DNA from: Mesotaenium endlicherianum
Taxonomy: Eukaryota
Assembly (NCBI GenBank): GCA_009602735.1
Contig: WELA01003365.1
Coordinates: 268,954-332,953 of the forward strand
Length of the DNA stretch: 64,000 bases
Direction of reading: 5' to 3'
In this document: positions 11,737 through 24,400 of the stretch, piece by piece
Layout: each line of letters begins with the position of its first letter
Position numbering within the stretch: the first letter of the stretch is position 1
Notes under the pieces: generated by a model
Told to the model about the DNA's origin: nothing
Database searches by the model: none
The model's input: only the letters and a program-made list of their open reading frames with translations
Made by a program: the position numbers and the translations under genes

Positions 11737-13707
11737 ATGGGGGGTGTAAGCTGTTGGCTTCTTGCAGCATTTCTTGTTGTAGGTCTCTTGTCGATACCTG
11801 AGCAATGTGCTGGATTTTATCTTCCTGGTATGTATCCGAAGGCTCATCCGGTAGGAGAAGCCGTCACCGTGAAAGTGAATTCCCTGACATCAGTGGCCAC
11901 GGGCCTTCCTTTCAGCTATTACAGCTTACCCTTCTGTGTCCCTGCGGAAGGCATCAAGAAAACGGATGAAAACTTTGGTGAAGTTCTCATAGGCGATTTG
12001 ATAGAAAATTCTGCCTACAAGTTTAAGACTATGCAGAGGGAAGACGGTGTGAAGGTTTGTGATTCGAAAGTTCTTACAGAGCAGGATGTCGAAAATTTTA
12101 AGGAGAAGATCGATGACTTGTATCATGTGAACATGCTGTTGGATAATCTGCCCGTGACAACAATGTTAATTGAGGAAAATCCAGGTGATATAGTGACCGG
12201 ATTCCCAATCGGTTTCAGCAAGGATGGTCAGTACTATGTCTACAACCACCTTGTGTTCAAGGTGCTGATTCATGAGTACAAAGAGACAGCGCAGCTCACA
12301 GGCATGTCAGTAGGAGATTCCGCCATAGATATTATGCCAGAAGGGGATGTGTCTGCAAAGCACAACAATACAGGCTTCTTAGTTGTAGGTTTTGAGGTCG
12401 GTTATTGCAGCATCTTGAGAGCAGCAGATGGCAAGAAAGCGCCTTACTCTTATCTGGACAAGGTGGACTGCTTGAAGGGCCCTCATCAGCCTTTGAAGGC
12501 TGGATCACAGATCGTATTCTCGTTCGATGTCAGATGGGAACCCAGTGACATTGCCTGGGCTAGCAGGTGGGACGCGTATCTGAAAATGAGGGGTGATCAG
12601 GTGCACTGGTTCTCCATCTTGAACAGCTTGATGGTCATCTCGTTCCTGGCTGGAATGGTCTTCGTCATTCTGCTGCGTTCAGTACACAGAGATTTGGCGC
12701 GTGTGGAGCAGCTTGACAAAGAGGAGGTTCAGCAGATGGCAGATGAGAGTGGCTGGAAGCTTGTGGTTGGAGATGTTTTCAGGGCACCCTCAAGGCCTGG
12801 GCTGCTTTGCCTTGTGGTTGGAAGTGGAGTTCAGATCCTCTGCATGGCAGCAGTGACCATCTTCTTTGCCGCTCTTGGATTCATGTCTCCAGCATCTCGG
12901 GGCGCTCTCCTTGTAGGGATGGTGCTCCTCTACTTGCTCCTTGGGATCACGTCAGGATATGTGGCAGCTCGCCTGTGGGTGATGATGACCGGCTTGCCTG
13001 AGGGGTCTGTCCTCATGGCTCTCAAAGTAGCATGCTTTTTCCCCGGCATTGCTTCCACGGTTCTTCTCATTTTGAACGCAATCCTTTGGAGCAGTGGGAG
13101 CACAGGGGCAGTACCTTTCTCCGTTTTCTTCAAGATCTTTGCCCTCTGGTTCGTCATTTCGGTGCCGCTTACTATCACCGGCACACACTATGGCATGAAG
13201 GCTGAGAGGTTCCCTTACCCTGTCCGTACCAACCAGATACCTCGCCAGATTCCTGAGCAGAGGTATCCTTCTTGGTTGCTCATTCTAGGAGGTGGTATAC
13301 TGCCATTTGGAACACTCTACATCGAGCTCTTCTTCATCATGTCCAGCATCTGGATGCAGCGCGTCTACTACGGCTTCGGTTTCCTCTTTGTAGTCCTCAT
13401 CCTTCTGATCTTGGTCTGCGCGGAGGTTGCTGTTGTCTTCACATACCTTCAGCTTACCATGGAGGACTACAGGTGGTGGTGGCGCTCATTCCTTGCCTCA
13501 GGCTCAGTTGCTCTCTACGCGTTCTTGTACTCTATCAACTACTTGTTTGTTGACCTTCACCGCATGAGTGGCACGTTGTCAGAGATTCTCTTTATGGGCT
13601 ATAGTTTGCTGATGGTGTTCGCCATCTTCTTGGCCACAGGCAGCATAGGATTCTTAGCTTCTGGTTACTTTGTCTACTATCTCTTCTCATCTGTAAAGCT
13701 AGACTGA
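11737..13707 (+). CDS. Transmembrane 9 superfamily / EMP70 protein (TMN11/12-like), intronless, 656 aa
   Basis: Signal peptide plus FYLPG, WASRWDAYL, HWFSILNS, ESGWKLVVGDVFR, RTNQIPRQIP, hydrophobic TM segments, C-terminal KLD motif. Confidence 0.97.
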   Translation: MGGVSCWLLAAFLVVGLLSIPEQCAGFYLPGMYPKAHPVGEAVTVKVNSLTSVATGLPFSYYSLPFCVPAEGIKKTDENFGEVLIGDLIENSAYKFKTMQREDGVKVCDSKVLTEQDVENFKEKIDDLYHVNMLLDNLPVTTMLIEENPGDIVTGFPIGFSKDGQYYVYNHLVFKVLIHEYKETAQLTGMSVGDSAIDIMPEGDVSAKHNNTGFLVVGFEVGYCSILRAADGKKAPYSYLDKVDCLKGPHQPLKAGSQIVFSFDVRWEPSDIAWASRWDAYLKMRGDQVHWFSILNSLMVISFLAGMVFVILLRSVHRDLARVEQLDKEEVQQMADESGWKLVVGDVFRAPSRPGLLCLVVGSGVQILCMAAVTIFFAALGFMSPASRGALLVGMVLLYLLLGITSGYVAARLWVMMTGLPEGSVLMALKVACFFPGIASTVLLILNAILWSSGSTGAVPFSVFFKIFALWFVISVPLTITGTHYGMKAERFPYPVRTNQIPRQIPEQRYPSWLLILGGGILPFGTLYIELFFIMSSIWMQRVYYGFGFLFVVLILLILVCAEVAVVFTYLQLTMEDYRWWWRSFLASGSVALYAFLYSINYLFVDLHRMSGTLSEILFMGYSLLMVFAIFLATGSIGFLASGYFVYYLFSSVKLD

Positions 13708-14420
13708 GTTGAGCTCGATGAGATCTGCTTGGGTTTATGTCCTCATTGTGGCGACTAGTGAGGGGCCTCTCCGACTCTCCGCAGCTCATGACACTTGAAT
13801 TGAGCTTCATGCCCTACCAGGGGAGGATATTATAAGTGTCGTAATAGATAGACAGGTTATAGCGGGGTTGGTAGAGAAGGAGACCTATGCCTGTATGAAC
13901 TTCAGTGCTTGTTAGCACCTTGCCAGTGGTGCACAAATACACAGGTTTCATTCATCTTTTTTTGATCATGTCCATGCTTTGTGTTATGGTTCATGTTCTT
14001 GACTGGATATATTGAACCGTGAACTTGGGATTTCTGACAAAGTTGGTCAAATAACGCACAGGTTGTTATATTGATCACATATATTATATGTATTGCGGTG
14101 ACAATATTTGAGATTCACAAGTTTCCCATGCTTATCTATTTGCTGAGAAACCAAGTTCCTACCAAGTGCATATAGTTTTCTGACTACTTTTCTAGTGGTG
14201 CTAGTTATGACGAGAAAAGAATAGAAGTGCCATCGTCTTGAGACCTGTTGTCATTTGAGGGAAACCAGTAGTGCCTCCCACGTATTGCTAGTAAATGATG
14301 TTCTTACGACTTGTTTGGCTTAGTCTATTAAATCATTGATTCCCTCAATTGAAGGCATATATAAATTGGCTACTGAGTTTAATGAAAGAAGAAAAAGTAC
14401 CTTTAATAGAATCTTCCTAC

Positions 14421-16223
14421 CTAATCAAACATGTATATGCGCGATCCTATATCAGACACTAACCATTCAAAGCCCTCGAACAGGCCTTCACCCGTAATAG
14501 CACTGCAAGAAACAATGTGATAATGACGGCTTTTCTCCATGACCTCGAGCTCAAGTATCTGCCATAAACCAAGACATGGACGTCATCATAAATCAGGATC
14601 ATAAAACTTGATGATCATCATCACCACTAGCAAGCTCAAGCTCTGCAGGGGCGTCTACGCTCCTTACTGATACCAATTCTACCACAGGAGCATTATGGCC
14701 AGATTGTTTTCCGACAATTCGTTTCATAGAGTCAAGTGCAGGCTACGTGCAATCTAGAAACTTAGGCATACGGCTGCCAGTGGGAAGTAAGCATTTGCCA
14801 TGGGTATACTTTCCCTCCTCTTTTTAAAGAATAGAACATCTGAGCAAGCCTACACCATGAGCCAGGGAAAAACCTAGGAAGCGAGGCAGCATACCCTGGC
14901 TATGTCAGCAGAAGTTACCGCTCCCGGTATGTCCTGTTTGTTGGCAAAAATTAGAAGAGTAGCCCCAGCCAGCCGCTGCAATAAGTTGGCGCTTGCCCAC
15001 ACCATCAAATGAAAACAAGCATGTTAAGCAGGAGTCACATAGACACTTGCTTCTCATGTTAAATGGGGGCTGGTTGCAATCATATGCAACTTGTGTATAT
15101 AAAAGATTGGGACAAAAGTAGAGCACAACTCGTGGCATGCAGAAGGCAGCTGCACGGTACTCTGCGCCAATCTTGAGAGGTGCGCACCACATGGCGAGTA
15201 TAGAGTACCCTCTATCAGGGCTCTGAAATACACAACTTTGCCAACACACGAAGCACCTTCCAAGCAGTAGACGAACAACTTTTTAAACAATGCTCAGGTT
15301 TCTCTGTTCGGCTTTTCATAGGCCACTACAGAGATGCTCATTACATCCCTGATTTTCCGCATTACCCCTTATCTACAAGTCAAAGGAGGGCTCCTCTTTA
15401 GAATGTCTACATGGGGCTGGAACTGTCACACTACATGCTTAGACAACAATTTCCCATACATGAGCAATCAAAGCAGGCTAATACTTCCCCCATAAGAACC
15501 TGCATATGAGAAAGTAAAGCAGTGCACCTCCTCTTGTAGAAGGCCATGGAGCTCAGCTCGGCAGTCCCCAAGACGCCGCACGTCAGCACTATCAATCACC
15601 CATATCAATCCGTCTGTCCTCTCAAAATAGTTCCTCCAATAAGGTCGCAGGGTTTTCTGCCCACCTACATCCCATATGTTGAGCTGGTAGCTGCAAGACA
15701 ATCCATCGCTTAGCAACAGGGCAACTCCTGCTTCACGAAAGGCTGAGAAGCACCCTCTTTAACTAAGAAGTTGCTGCGACTTCTACTTTAACGAGACAGA
15801 AAGGTGACCGTTGGAGCAGTAGTCCTTTGGAGGGCGAGAATGCCGCCATGTGTAGGGTTGGTTATTGATGAAAGCATATTACTTACTCCTTAAACTGCAT
15901 GGTCTGAATGTTGAAACCCAGAGTTGGGCTGATGGTACTCGTATCTTCTCCATTTATTTGCTTCACAATTGTTGTTTTCCCTGCATTGTCCAGACCCCTG
16001 CAACAATCCAAAATCTGACTTCTTTACAGGCATATAAAGAGCCAGCCCTCCCTTTGCAAGCAGGGGGTGGCTTAATGTACCAACTTTTTAAAAGAAAGAC
16101 CATGACATAGAGCTGAGTCACTATAAGGAGGTTGAAGTGCAGTTTGGGAGTCACTCACACCATGAGAATCCTCATCTCTCTCTCCTTCTGCTTCATTTTC
16201 CTGATTATTGTCAATAATCCCAT
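14421..16223 (-). CDS. ARL2: ADP-ribosylation factor-like GTPase 2 (TITAN5-like); exons 16223-16159, 15997-15887, 15690-15528, 14975-14895, 14558-14421
   Basis: Spliced translation [61 protein letters not shown]; all introns GT-AG. Confidence 0.95.
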
Positions 16224-16865
16224 CGTGGGTGTTGTTTCAACTTATGCACCAAATAAAAAACGTGAAAGAAGCCAGAAATTAGCGCCTGTAAAAATTTAGT
16301 GACGCGGATGGGATCAAATGCCAACTTTCATGGTGGAAGGTGGTACTCCAACTAGGACGAAGACACTCGTACTTACCAATTGTCTGGGAATGCTTCACTG
16401 TTGTTGAGCACAAGAAGACCAGTCTGAAGAACAAACGATTAGCGTACGCTTGCCGCTTCTATTCTCAGCTGTAGCGACATCAGGACACCATTAATTGAAG
16501 AACACACAGATTAACTTTGACCCTCCCTTCGACCCACGCCGGAGAATTGTGCATGCATGGTTGAATATGTGAGCTAGAATTCATCACCCATGTCCTCTGT
16601 CAAGAATATCGACTCTCTTTGGCGATCTCCCCACCCCTAAGCTCTTAGTAGGAGACGAGAGTCACACATTGCATAGGTTTTCTTCCCAAGCGTCGGGTCG
16701 GATTTTTTACTTCGCATATTTCGTATTAAGATTCCTGGTCCACTTAGGCTAATAGCAAGAGTAATTTATTCGCGCCTCTAGAGTGACAAACACACCATCA
16801 GTTGGATAGTAGTTCTTCTCACTTGCGAGACGGAATATGTAGTGCAGATACAACGATCTCATTGA

Positions 16866-19800
16866 ATGGTTAGCGTGCAGGCCATGCTGTGCACTGCAGG
16901 CATAAGTAGTACGTATGCAATTGTGGATGCCCCTGGATTAAATCTAGTGTCCACAGGCCCCAGGGAGATAAGCAAACGAAGGCACAATAGAGTGCACGTT
17001 GAAAAAAATACTGCCCACAATTTTTTTGTCCGCAAAGTTGGGCGTGTACGTCAAGGAACGAGGCAATTATGGGGAAGCAACCAGTGTTCATTCAAGCACC
17101 TAGATTGTAATGCCCTTGAAATACTCCAACGAAGACCGAGGAACATGGTAGGGTTGTCAAATGTTCTCCCTGGCCACTTTAAAAAGAGTAGTTGTTGATG
17201 ACGTTCATGTTAGGCCAGTAGGGAGGGGCACTATGCCTGTGATTTGGCAGTCAGATGATGACTTTCATTTTGTCCGGGTGGGGGAATTGCAGCAGTAAGG
17301 TCACTGATAACATGAGGACATGTAGATAACCTAGTCGATGCAGTCACTGGGAGCATCATTGGAGCCCATGATCAATATGTTGCATCAACAAAATGCTGGT
17401 GAACCACTGAAGTTGCCCTTTGGCTTCACGGAAGGAATGTTGATTTGACTCGCAGCCTATCATAGAAACTTGCAAAATTTATCAGGGTTGTGTGAAGTCC
17501 TCAAGCAGTACGTACTTCATCTTTACTCACAAGGATACATGAGCTTCGTTCTATTGAGTGCAGTGCCAAACCTGGACATGGAGGTAGCTGCTACTCATGA
17601 ATTCCCCTGCATAGCTTAAAGGAGACAAGACTATGCAGATGACAATGGTTGAGTAACCTCCGTCTAGCAGCTCGCCCTGCAGTCTGCCTCCTGGGTTCAG
17701 TAGGACCCTGCTGATCTAAGCTTCTATGCATATTGAGTACTTGTGTAACATGTTTTTGTTTCTGCTCGATCTTGTCTGGCTGGCTGGCAGTGCATTTGCA
17801 GGGCTTCCTTTGACAATGAGTTTCGGTCAAGCAGAGGCATTGCCCAGGGTGTCTACAAAAGATACAAGTGTGTGGTGGATGCAGGCTACCGAGACACCCT
17901 CAAGGCATGTCTGCATCTCTCCCCCTGCTCACTTTGCTCACACATTGAATTTTGGTCAATTATTTTCTTGGGGAGCTTTGCTATAGAGGCACTGCAGCAC
18001 CCTATTCACTATTGCGATTCCGTCGTGGCCCTGCTTGTAGCACTGTGTGAGAAGAAGCATTGCCCCTGTGTACCTGACTGTGACTATGTAATAGGCCGTC
18101 ATTGAAGGTGTGGCTATGCAAGGTGTGGGTCGACATCATCCTGGAGCTCTTTCTTGCTGCTCAGAAATTCCAGCCTCCATTGTGTGTCAATCTAGTGTCC
18201 AATCCAGTCTCCCAGCTCGTATGTGTCGGTGACAATAAGGCGGAATCGTGCCGGTCTGAAAGACTTTCGGGAGGCGGGCAAACATTGGCGCAGGAATTTG
18301 TGAGGGCAGGAGTGACGGCATACGCGGTGGGGTGCACGGAGGAGGGCCTCAGGAAGGAGCTTCTCTCGCTAGCCAGGGAAGAGGCTGTCGCTGCTGCAGA
18401 GCCTCTGGGAGTGGTGCCTCACGGAACCGCCACGAGCCTCAGTGTTGCGCCCACCATCACCCAGGAAGAGGTCGGGCTTCTTGTGGCACATCTCACGTCC
18501 TTCACAAAAATTGGCTGTCATATGGGGGGGACCGCACGTGCCCTCAGGGGAGGTGGTGAGTGGGGGACGAGGGGGGGGGACTGCTCACATGTGGTCTGTG
18601 GAGCCCGATAATGCTGCTGAATGAGTTGGAAAGAGGCCAGCGTAGGTTGAGGGTGGGTTGCAGCCAATGGGCTGTCTAGGCCTGTAACCGACCAGCTGCC
18701 GCCCATTCTTAACAGCCCTGCTTCCAGCCATGCGCGCTCTTGCTGGGGTGGTTCGTGCAGATGGCACTGTAGCATGTGGCTGGCAGGGGAGCAGATCCGT
18801 AGGACTGGTTCTCTTTGGAATCTGGTGTACTCCGTCCAATCTCTCTCGCTGCAGATGGGCTTGTCTCTTGGGGGAGGCCTTGTGCTGGCCCACTGCTTCA
18901 CTGCAATGCCTCACCATGTTCCCCCTTGAAAAACGCAACGAGAAAGGAATGTCACGTGAAGCCTTGTGGCCTACTCGTGCTTGTACCTGCAACATTCATC
19001 CGGTTGAGGATGGCAGCAGCGCACTTGATGCTGCTGGAGGTGCTATCTGTGGGCCAGGTGGACGAGTGCCTGCTGTGGGTGTCGATTGTGTTCATCACCA
19101 TCATGAGCGCGCCCGAGAAGGTGGTGCTGCGCTGGTCGACGGCGGCGCCCGTTTCGGCCGAGGCACAGCTTGCGTGGCGCGGCTTCTGCAAGCTCATCGC
19201 CAATGCATACTACTTGCAGGGCATGGCATGGTACGACAACTTGCCCCTGACTTGCGCACTCCAAGCCTCGTCATTGACCACGTTCAACCAGTTCTGACCT
19301 GCGTTGACCACCCTTGACTGGCCGTGGCTCTGGATCTGGCCCACTGACTTGCTTGCATGTTTGACGCAACCAACTTGCGCACGAGGGTATGCACATGGCT
19401 GCTGCTTGCAGGGACCGCCTGCTCCCTGGTCAGCTCTTGAGAAGGATGATTGACAAGCTCAGCCCAGCCTTGGCTGGAAGCTGGGGGCCATTTGCGTGTT
19501 AATGGTGGGGCTCGGGCTGTCCACTTTGTATTTTGAGCAGAGGAAGCTGCATTTTGTGAGCCACGTCAAGAGGCATCAGAAGAGAGCTCTATTGCGTCTA
19601 GTGGCACACGCCAGCGCTGTGGCCCGAGAGGCTGGTGAAGAAGGCAGGCGCAGTGAGAAGCTTGTCAGCCACGTATTAGCGTTGCCACAGAGACGGAACT
19701 GGGTTGGATGCAGGCGGATATGTGGTGACACGTGCATGCGTCTATGCAAGGGTGTGCCCCTCTGCACACATTTGGTACTATATGAGTATGTGCACGTGTC

Positions 19801-20794
19801 CATGCCGTAACCTGCCGAGTGTGTGCTGCACTTTGCTGAGCTGGCAGGTTTTCAGTGAGGCGGCTGCAGATGGAACAGATGGCTGTGGTGGGCCATGCGG
19901 AGGAGGCGGCCATAGTGAGTGACAGGATGCGGCTTGTCTTCACCACCCTCGAGGTTGTGGACCCACGCTGGGGGGGGCTTCAAGACTTCCCCATTTTCTA
20001 GTGTAACCCTGTCCATACTTCGCTCTCTGCTCCCCTTGGACCAGTCGCTTGCCCTTTGACTGACTTCCTCACTCTCTAGTGTAATCCCGTTCACACTTGG
20101 TGTCTGCTCCCCATGACCCAGTTGCTTGGCCTCTAATTGACTTCCCCATCCTCCAGAGTAACCCCGTTCACACTCGCTCTCTGCGTCCCCTTGAATTCGA
20201 TGCTTGCACATAAGCTGCCCGTCCAATAATCTCAACGACGACAGGCCTATGCCTGCTGATATCGTCATATGTCTCGTACACCTCTTCACACATGGCAGAA
20301 ACTTCTGTGGCAGACGATGCACGAGCCCTCTGTGCTGCGACCGTGTCATTTGTGCTCCTTTGCCAGGAAAGCAATGTGCAGTATAGCCTGGGCTGGCTGA
20401 TGAACTGCAAGGGGTGATGTTTTTGAACTGGACCTCTCAGAAGATCACCTTGTGGCAGACAGAGAGCGATGAGCTTGGGACCTTATTCTGGCTTCAGTCA
20501 TGTGCGTCAAATATTCCTGAAGCAAAAGAGTATGAATGAGGAAGTGATTGCAAACGTGATGGATCTTCGAGTCAGTTAGATTCTTTTGCCCGATGTCAAA
20601 ATGTTTTCAAAATTTTGGCTGATACTATGGAAGTATCTACTCGGTACCAGTCGTAGTCACCTGACTTGATACACCGAAGTCTTCTTTAATAGAGTGCTGC
20701 AGCCCATAACTTTCATGTAGTCAGGGTTATCCGCAACGCTAACAGCAGTCATAATTGTGTGCAGGTTGTTACTCCTCAGTGGCCATCCCGCTGA
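16866..20794 (+). CDS. Conserved green-lineage protein of unknown function (AT2G36895-like); conserved exons 18294-18470, 19058-19230, 19848-19953, 20765-20794; 5' exons uncertain
   Basis: GCTEEGLRKEL, VDECLLWVSIVFITI, WRGFCKLIANAYY, LQMEQMAVVG..RMRLVFTTLE|VVTPQWP* join in frame over GT-AG sites. Confidence 0.75.
19984..20190. repeat. Degenerate ~78-bp tandem repeat, ~2.6 copies, intronic
   Basis: Units start GACTTCC(C/T)CA..AGTGTAA..CACT..TCTGCTCCCC. Confidence 0.75.
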
Positions 20795-21499
20795 GACAGC
20801 TTTCAACCACTGAAGGTGGCAGAGAGGGCTGTGGCGCAGGCTGGAAAATTCACTTTGTACAGAGTTGTGAAGTTGTGTCTTCTTGTTGAAGGATCCCAGT
20901 GTAATATATTCACATTAGCAATAGCCGTTTAATCAATTATATTAACTGTACATTTTTGTTTCCCCACTTTCATCCCCACGGGATGTTTTTTGTCAACATT
21001 TTACGTTGAATACTTCTCAGCTTGTAGGATCACGAGCCCCAAAATCTTGAACCATGGAATTCCCTCTTGGGAACAGGTTCCACCGCACTTTTTAGGCAAT
21101 CAATTGTTTGCCTAGTAGTCTTTGCAAGATTGGGGACCGTGTCGGTGGACCGGTCTTGAGGTGTTCGCAAATGGGCTATTGTGGGCTACTTTTCAAATAG
21201 TGCTGCTAGCAGTAGCACTTGGCCAAATGAAATAAAATATAGTTGGTAGATCTCTATAATACCTTTTTATTATGTAATATTGGTATATGCGATCACTTTT
21301 ATGGCTCTAAGAAGGTTTGTACTCTTCAAACTCCCTACGTGCAACTAACACTTGTGTGAGATTATCCATCTGTGCAGGCGAGAGAGAGCATCGATTTTGT
21401 ATTTGAACAGTGAACTAGTATTAGAGCTGCGCATGATGAAGAATTTGGGGTTTGGCGAGGAATTGTGCAAGTAATTAAATAGAGAGACTTACAGTGAAA

Positions 21500-24400
21500 G
21501 GCTGAAAGGGAGAAGGGTGCAGAGAGTGCACACATACGACTCACTCACCCTCACCTACAGGTGGAAGCATGCCTGAGGGCCTTCCATAGTTGCATACACA
21601 AGGTGAAGTGGCCTGGTTGTGTGCCACCCTTGCAAGAGTTAGACGAGCACATGAGAGAGAAGTAGAAAAGAAGTTAGAACTTTATTTCATCATGTAGAAG
21701 TCGTGTACGATGAAAGATGCAATATGTAAGCTCTCAAGGTTTCTCTCCATTACTTGGTGCTTAGTGTTTTCTCTTTATAAACTCTAGCAAATTACCTCTA
21801 CTCTAGAATTTTCTACTTCGCTCCTTCCACGTAGGTGACCTTGCCTAGTTAGCATGTTGACCATAACAGCAACACAAACTTGAAACCCCTCCAGCTCTCT
21901 CTCTCCCAACCCCCCACCATTTCCAACTCTTTCGAGGCAGCCATGGCGAGAAGGGCCATGGCCCCCCACAGCTCCCACCGTGCCCTCCCTCGTCCACTTC
22001 TTCTCACCCTCTTACACGACAGATTATAGCGCCCCCTCCCTTGACTTCCTCGGCAAGGAAGCCCTCACCATGGTTGCTCCCCTGCCATAGCAGGCTTGGT
22101 TATTGCCCAATTTCCTCAACAGAGAGGGTGGAATCATGGCGTAGGTCGCTTCAAACGACGTCTCACACAGAAAAGCGGGGATGCGTGTCTCACAAATTCT
22201 AAGTGAGGCCGCCTCTCACCATAAAATTCAACATTATACCTGAACGATTTTACGCCTATGCTTAAGCTATTCTTGCTTACACAACTTGACACCAGTAAGT
22301 CCAGTAGTTTGTTGGCTTCAGTAAGGCACCCTCACGTAACTACTGTTGGGTAGAATGTAGTAAGGGCCTACTTCGCGTGAGCTTTGGCCCGTACATATGT
22401 TTCCCCGTACTTATAGCCATTGTGTTCGCATTTCACCTGGATCAACGCAAGAGCGTTTGATTCCATCTGACAGGCCTCTTCGTGTCTCCTGCTTCAGCTG
22501 TCGGCTGTGGTTGATCTAGTATACTTGGACGTGGCTAGGCTGGTCCGTGCGCACGCTCTAGTGAACCTCTACAACAGCCTAGAGCCGTCCTAGCTACGAT
22601 TTGCGCGCTCGCACTCTAGTGCGTGTATACCAGCTAGAGAGAGCCGCCACCTACCACTTCAGCGCCGCTTCTAGGTAGATTAGGGAGCTCCTCGAGAGCT
22701 CTCTTTCTCGCAGCTAGCTAGAATCGAGAGATTCACTATACGTAATGACAATGCTGGTCCTATATTAGTTCTGACCAGCAAATCTTTGATGTACATATGG
22801 AACTATTTAATGTGGCTTTGATTGTAGGAGAACACACGCAAGCTCGCTTTTTTGCTTGGAGTGAAGACTGTACATTTGGTAATTGGGGCTGAAAATGCGT
22901 GTCTTCTTTTCATCTTGGGGTCCTGGCTGCCAACTGGCTCGCCAAGAACCCTGTCCTTGTATACTCAATGTGTGCACACCTCCCCGTAGTCTTCTCTCTT
23001 CAATTCAGGTGGTAGCTAAAGTACAACAGCTGGATGATTACACCTGAGGAGGATGGACCCGAGGAGCTAAGACTGGAGGTGAAAGCCCAAAGGAAGCTGC
23101 CAGTTGGCCGAAGATCTCACACCAGCAGTCACTATTCCCGTGGGTCCCACCTGACAGGATCCAGGCTGAGCGCTTTCCTCATGATTAGCCATGAAATTTT
23201 AATGCGGCTGCTTAGACTATGCTTAGCGAGTAGATCTCTTAGTGACGGCCCCCACAGATTGGGAATGTCTCCCACAATCCGCCCTTTGGCGACCACCATA
23301 AAAATTACTTCTTCTAGGTTTTAGGGCCCCTTTCTCGCGGATACTCTTTGGTTAAAGAGTGCGCCCTTGGGGCTTTTCATGATCAGTCATGGCAAAACAA
23401 AAGCCTCGCATTGGCCGCAAGGTAGCTCGTAACAAAGGCGTGGGAGAGGGCGCTCTCGATTGTTAAATATGTTCGTGGGTCATAGGGTCGGGAGCGCCTG
23501 CTACTGAGCAGCCACGGCCTCTCATTGTAGCAGGTGGCCGTGGCCAAATGCTTGTTAAGACGGCATGAGGGAGAGAGAGGGTGGGAAGGGGAGGGGAGGG
23601 GAGGGTAGTATGGTGGGAGGGCACTTGGGATGTGGGAAAAGAGAGGAAGGGGGGGAAATTGTGGCGTCGACGGGGAGCGTCGACAAAACGCACTGTTTCA
23701 ACGATTCGGTTGTTGTGATTGTTCGACGGGGTTCGAGCGCACACCTCCACAATGAAGGGTAGATAAAGCGCTGATCGTCGACTAGCATCGACAAGTACTC
23801 GTTTGCCTTTTGTTACCGTGTAACCGACAAGCGGTCTACTTCTTCAGCGCGCCTTTCACATGCACCACGCGTGTGAAAGGGGGAAGGGTGCGGGGAGTGC
23901 GCCCATACACACTCACGCACCCTCACCCGCGAGTGGAAGCGTGCACGAGGACCTTTCCTAGTTGCATACACAAGGTGGAGTGGCCTGGTGGTATGCCACT
24001 CTTGCAAGAGTTAGAGGGCTACATGAGAGAGGAGTGGAAAAGAACTCACTTTATTAAGAAAATTCGTGTACAAGATAAGAAGGTTAGACTAGACTAAGCC
24101 CCCTCTACTTCCTTGTGCTTCCCATTTATCCTTTAACTCTAAGTGTCCTCTCTAGCAAGGTACCTCCAGAACCTTCTCCTATGGCTCCTTCCATGTACTT
24201 GACCTTGCCTAGTTGGACAAGCTAGCACACTCACACGCACACAATCACACTCTAGAATATTCTACTACACAATCCACTAACTCCTCACGGAGTTTCTAGA
24301 AATTCCACGATCACTTTGGCACTCTACGTAATTGTACGTACTTTCTGGAACCCTCATGTTTCAATGTCCTACTTCCTGGACTCCAACCGAAATTTTCGTC

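Noticed and set aside
11737..13707. Intronless TM9SF as a retrogene or HGT
   Set aside because: The plant TMN11/12 subgroup is typically intron-poor
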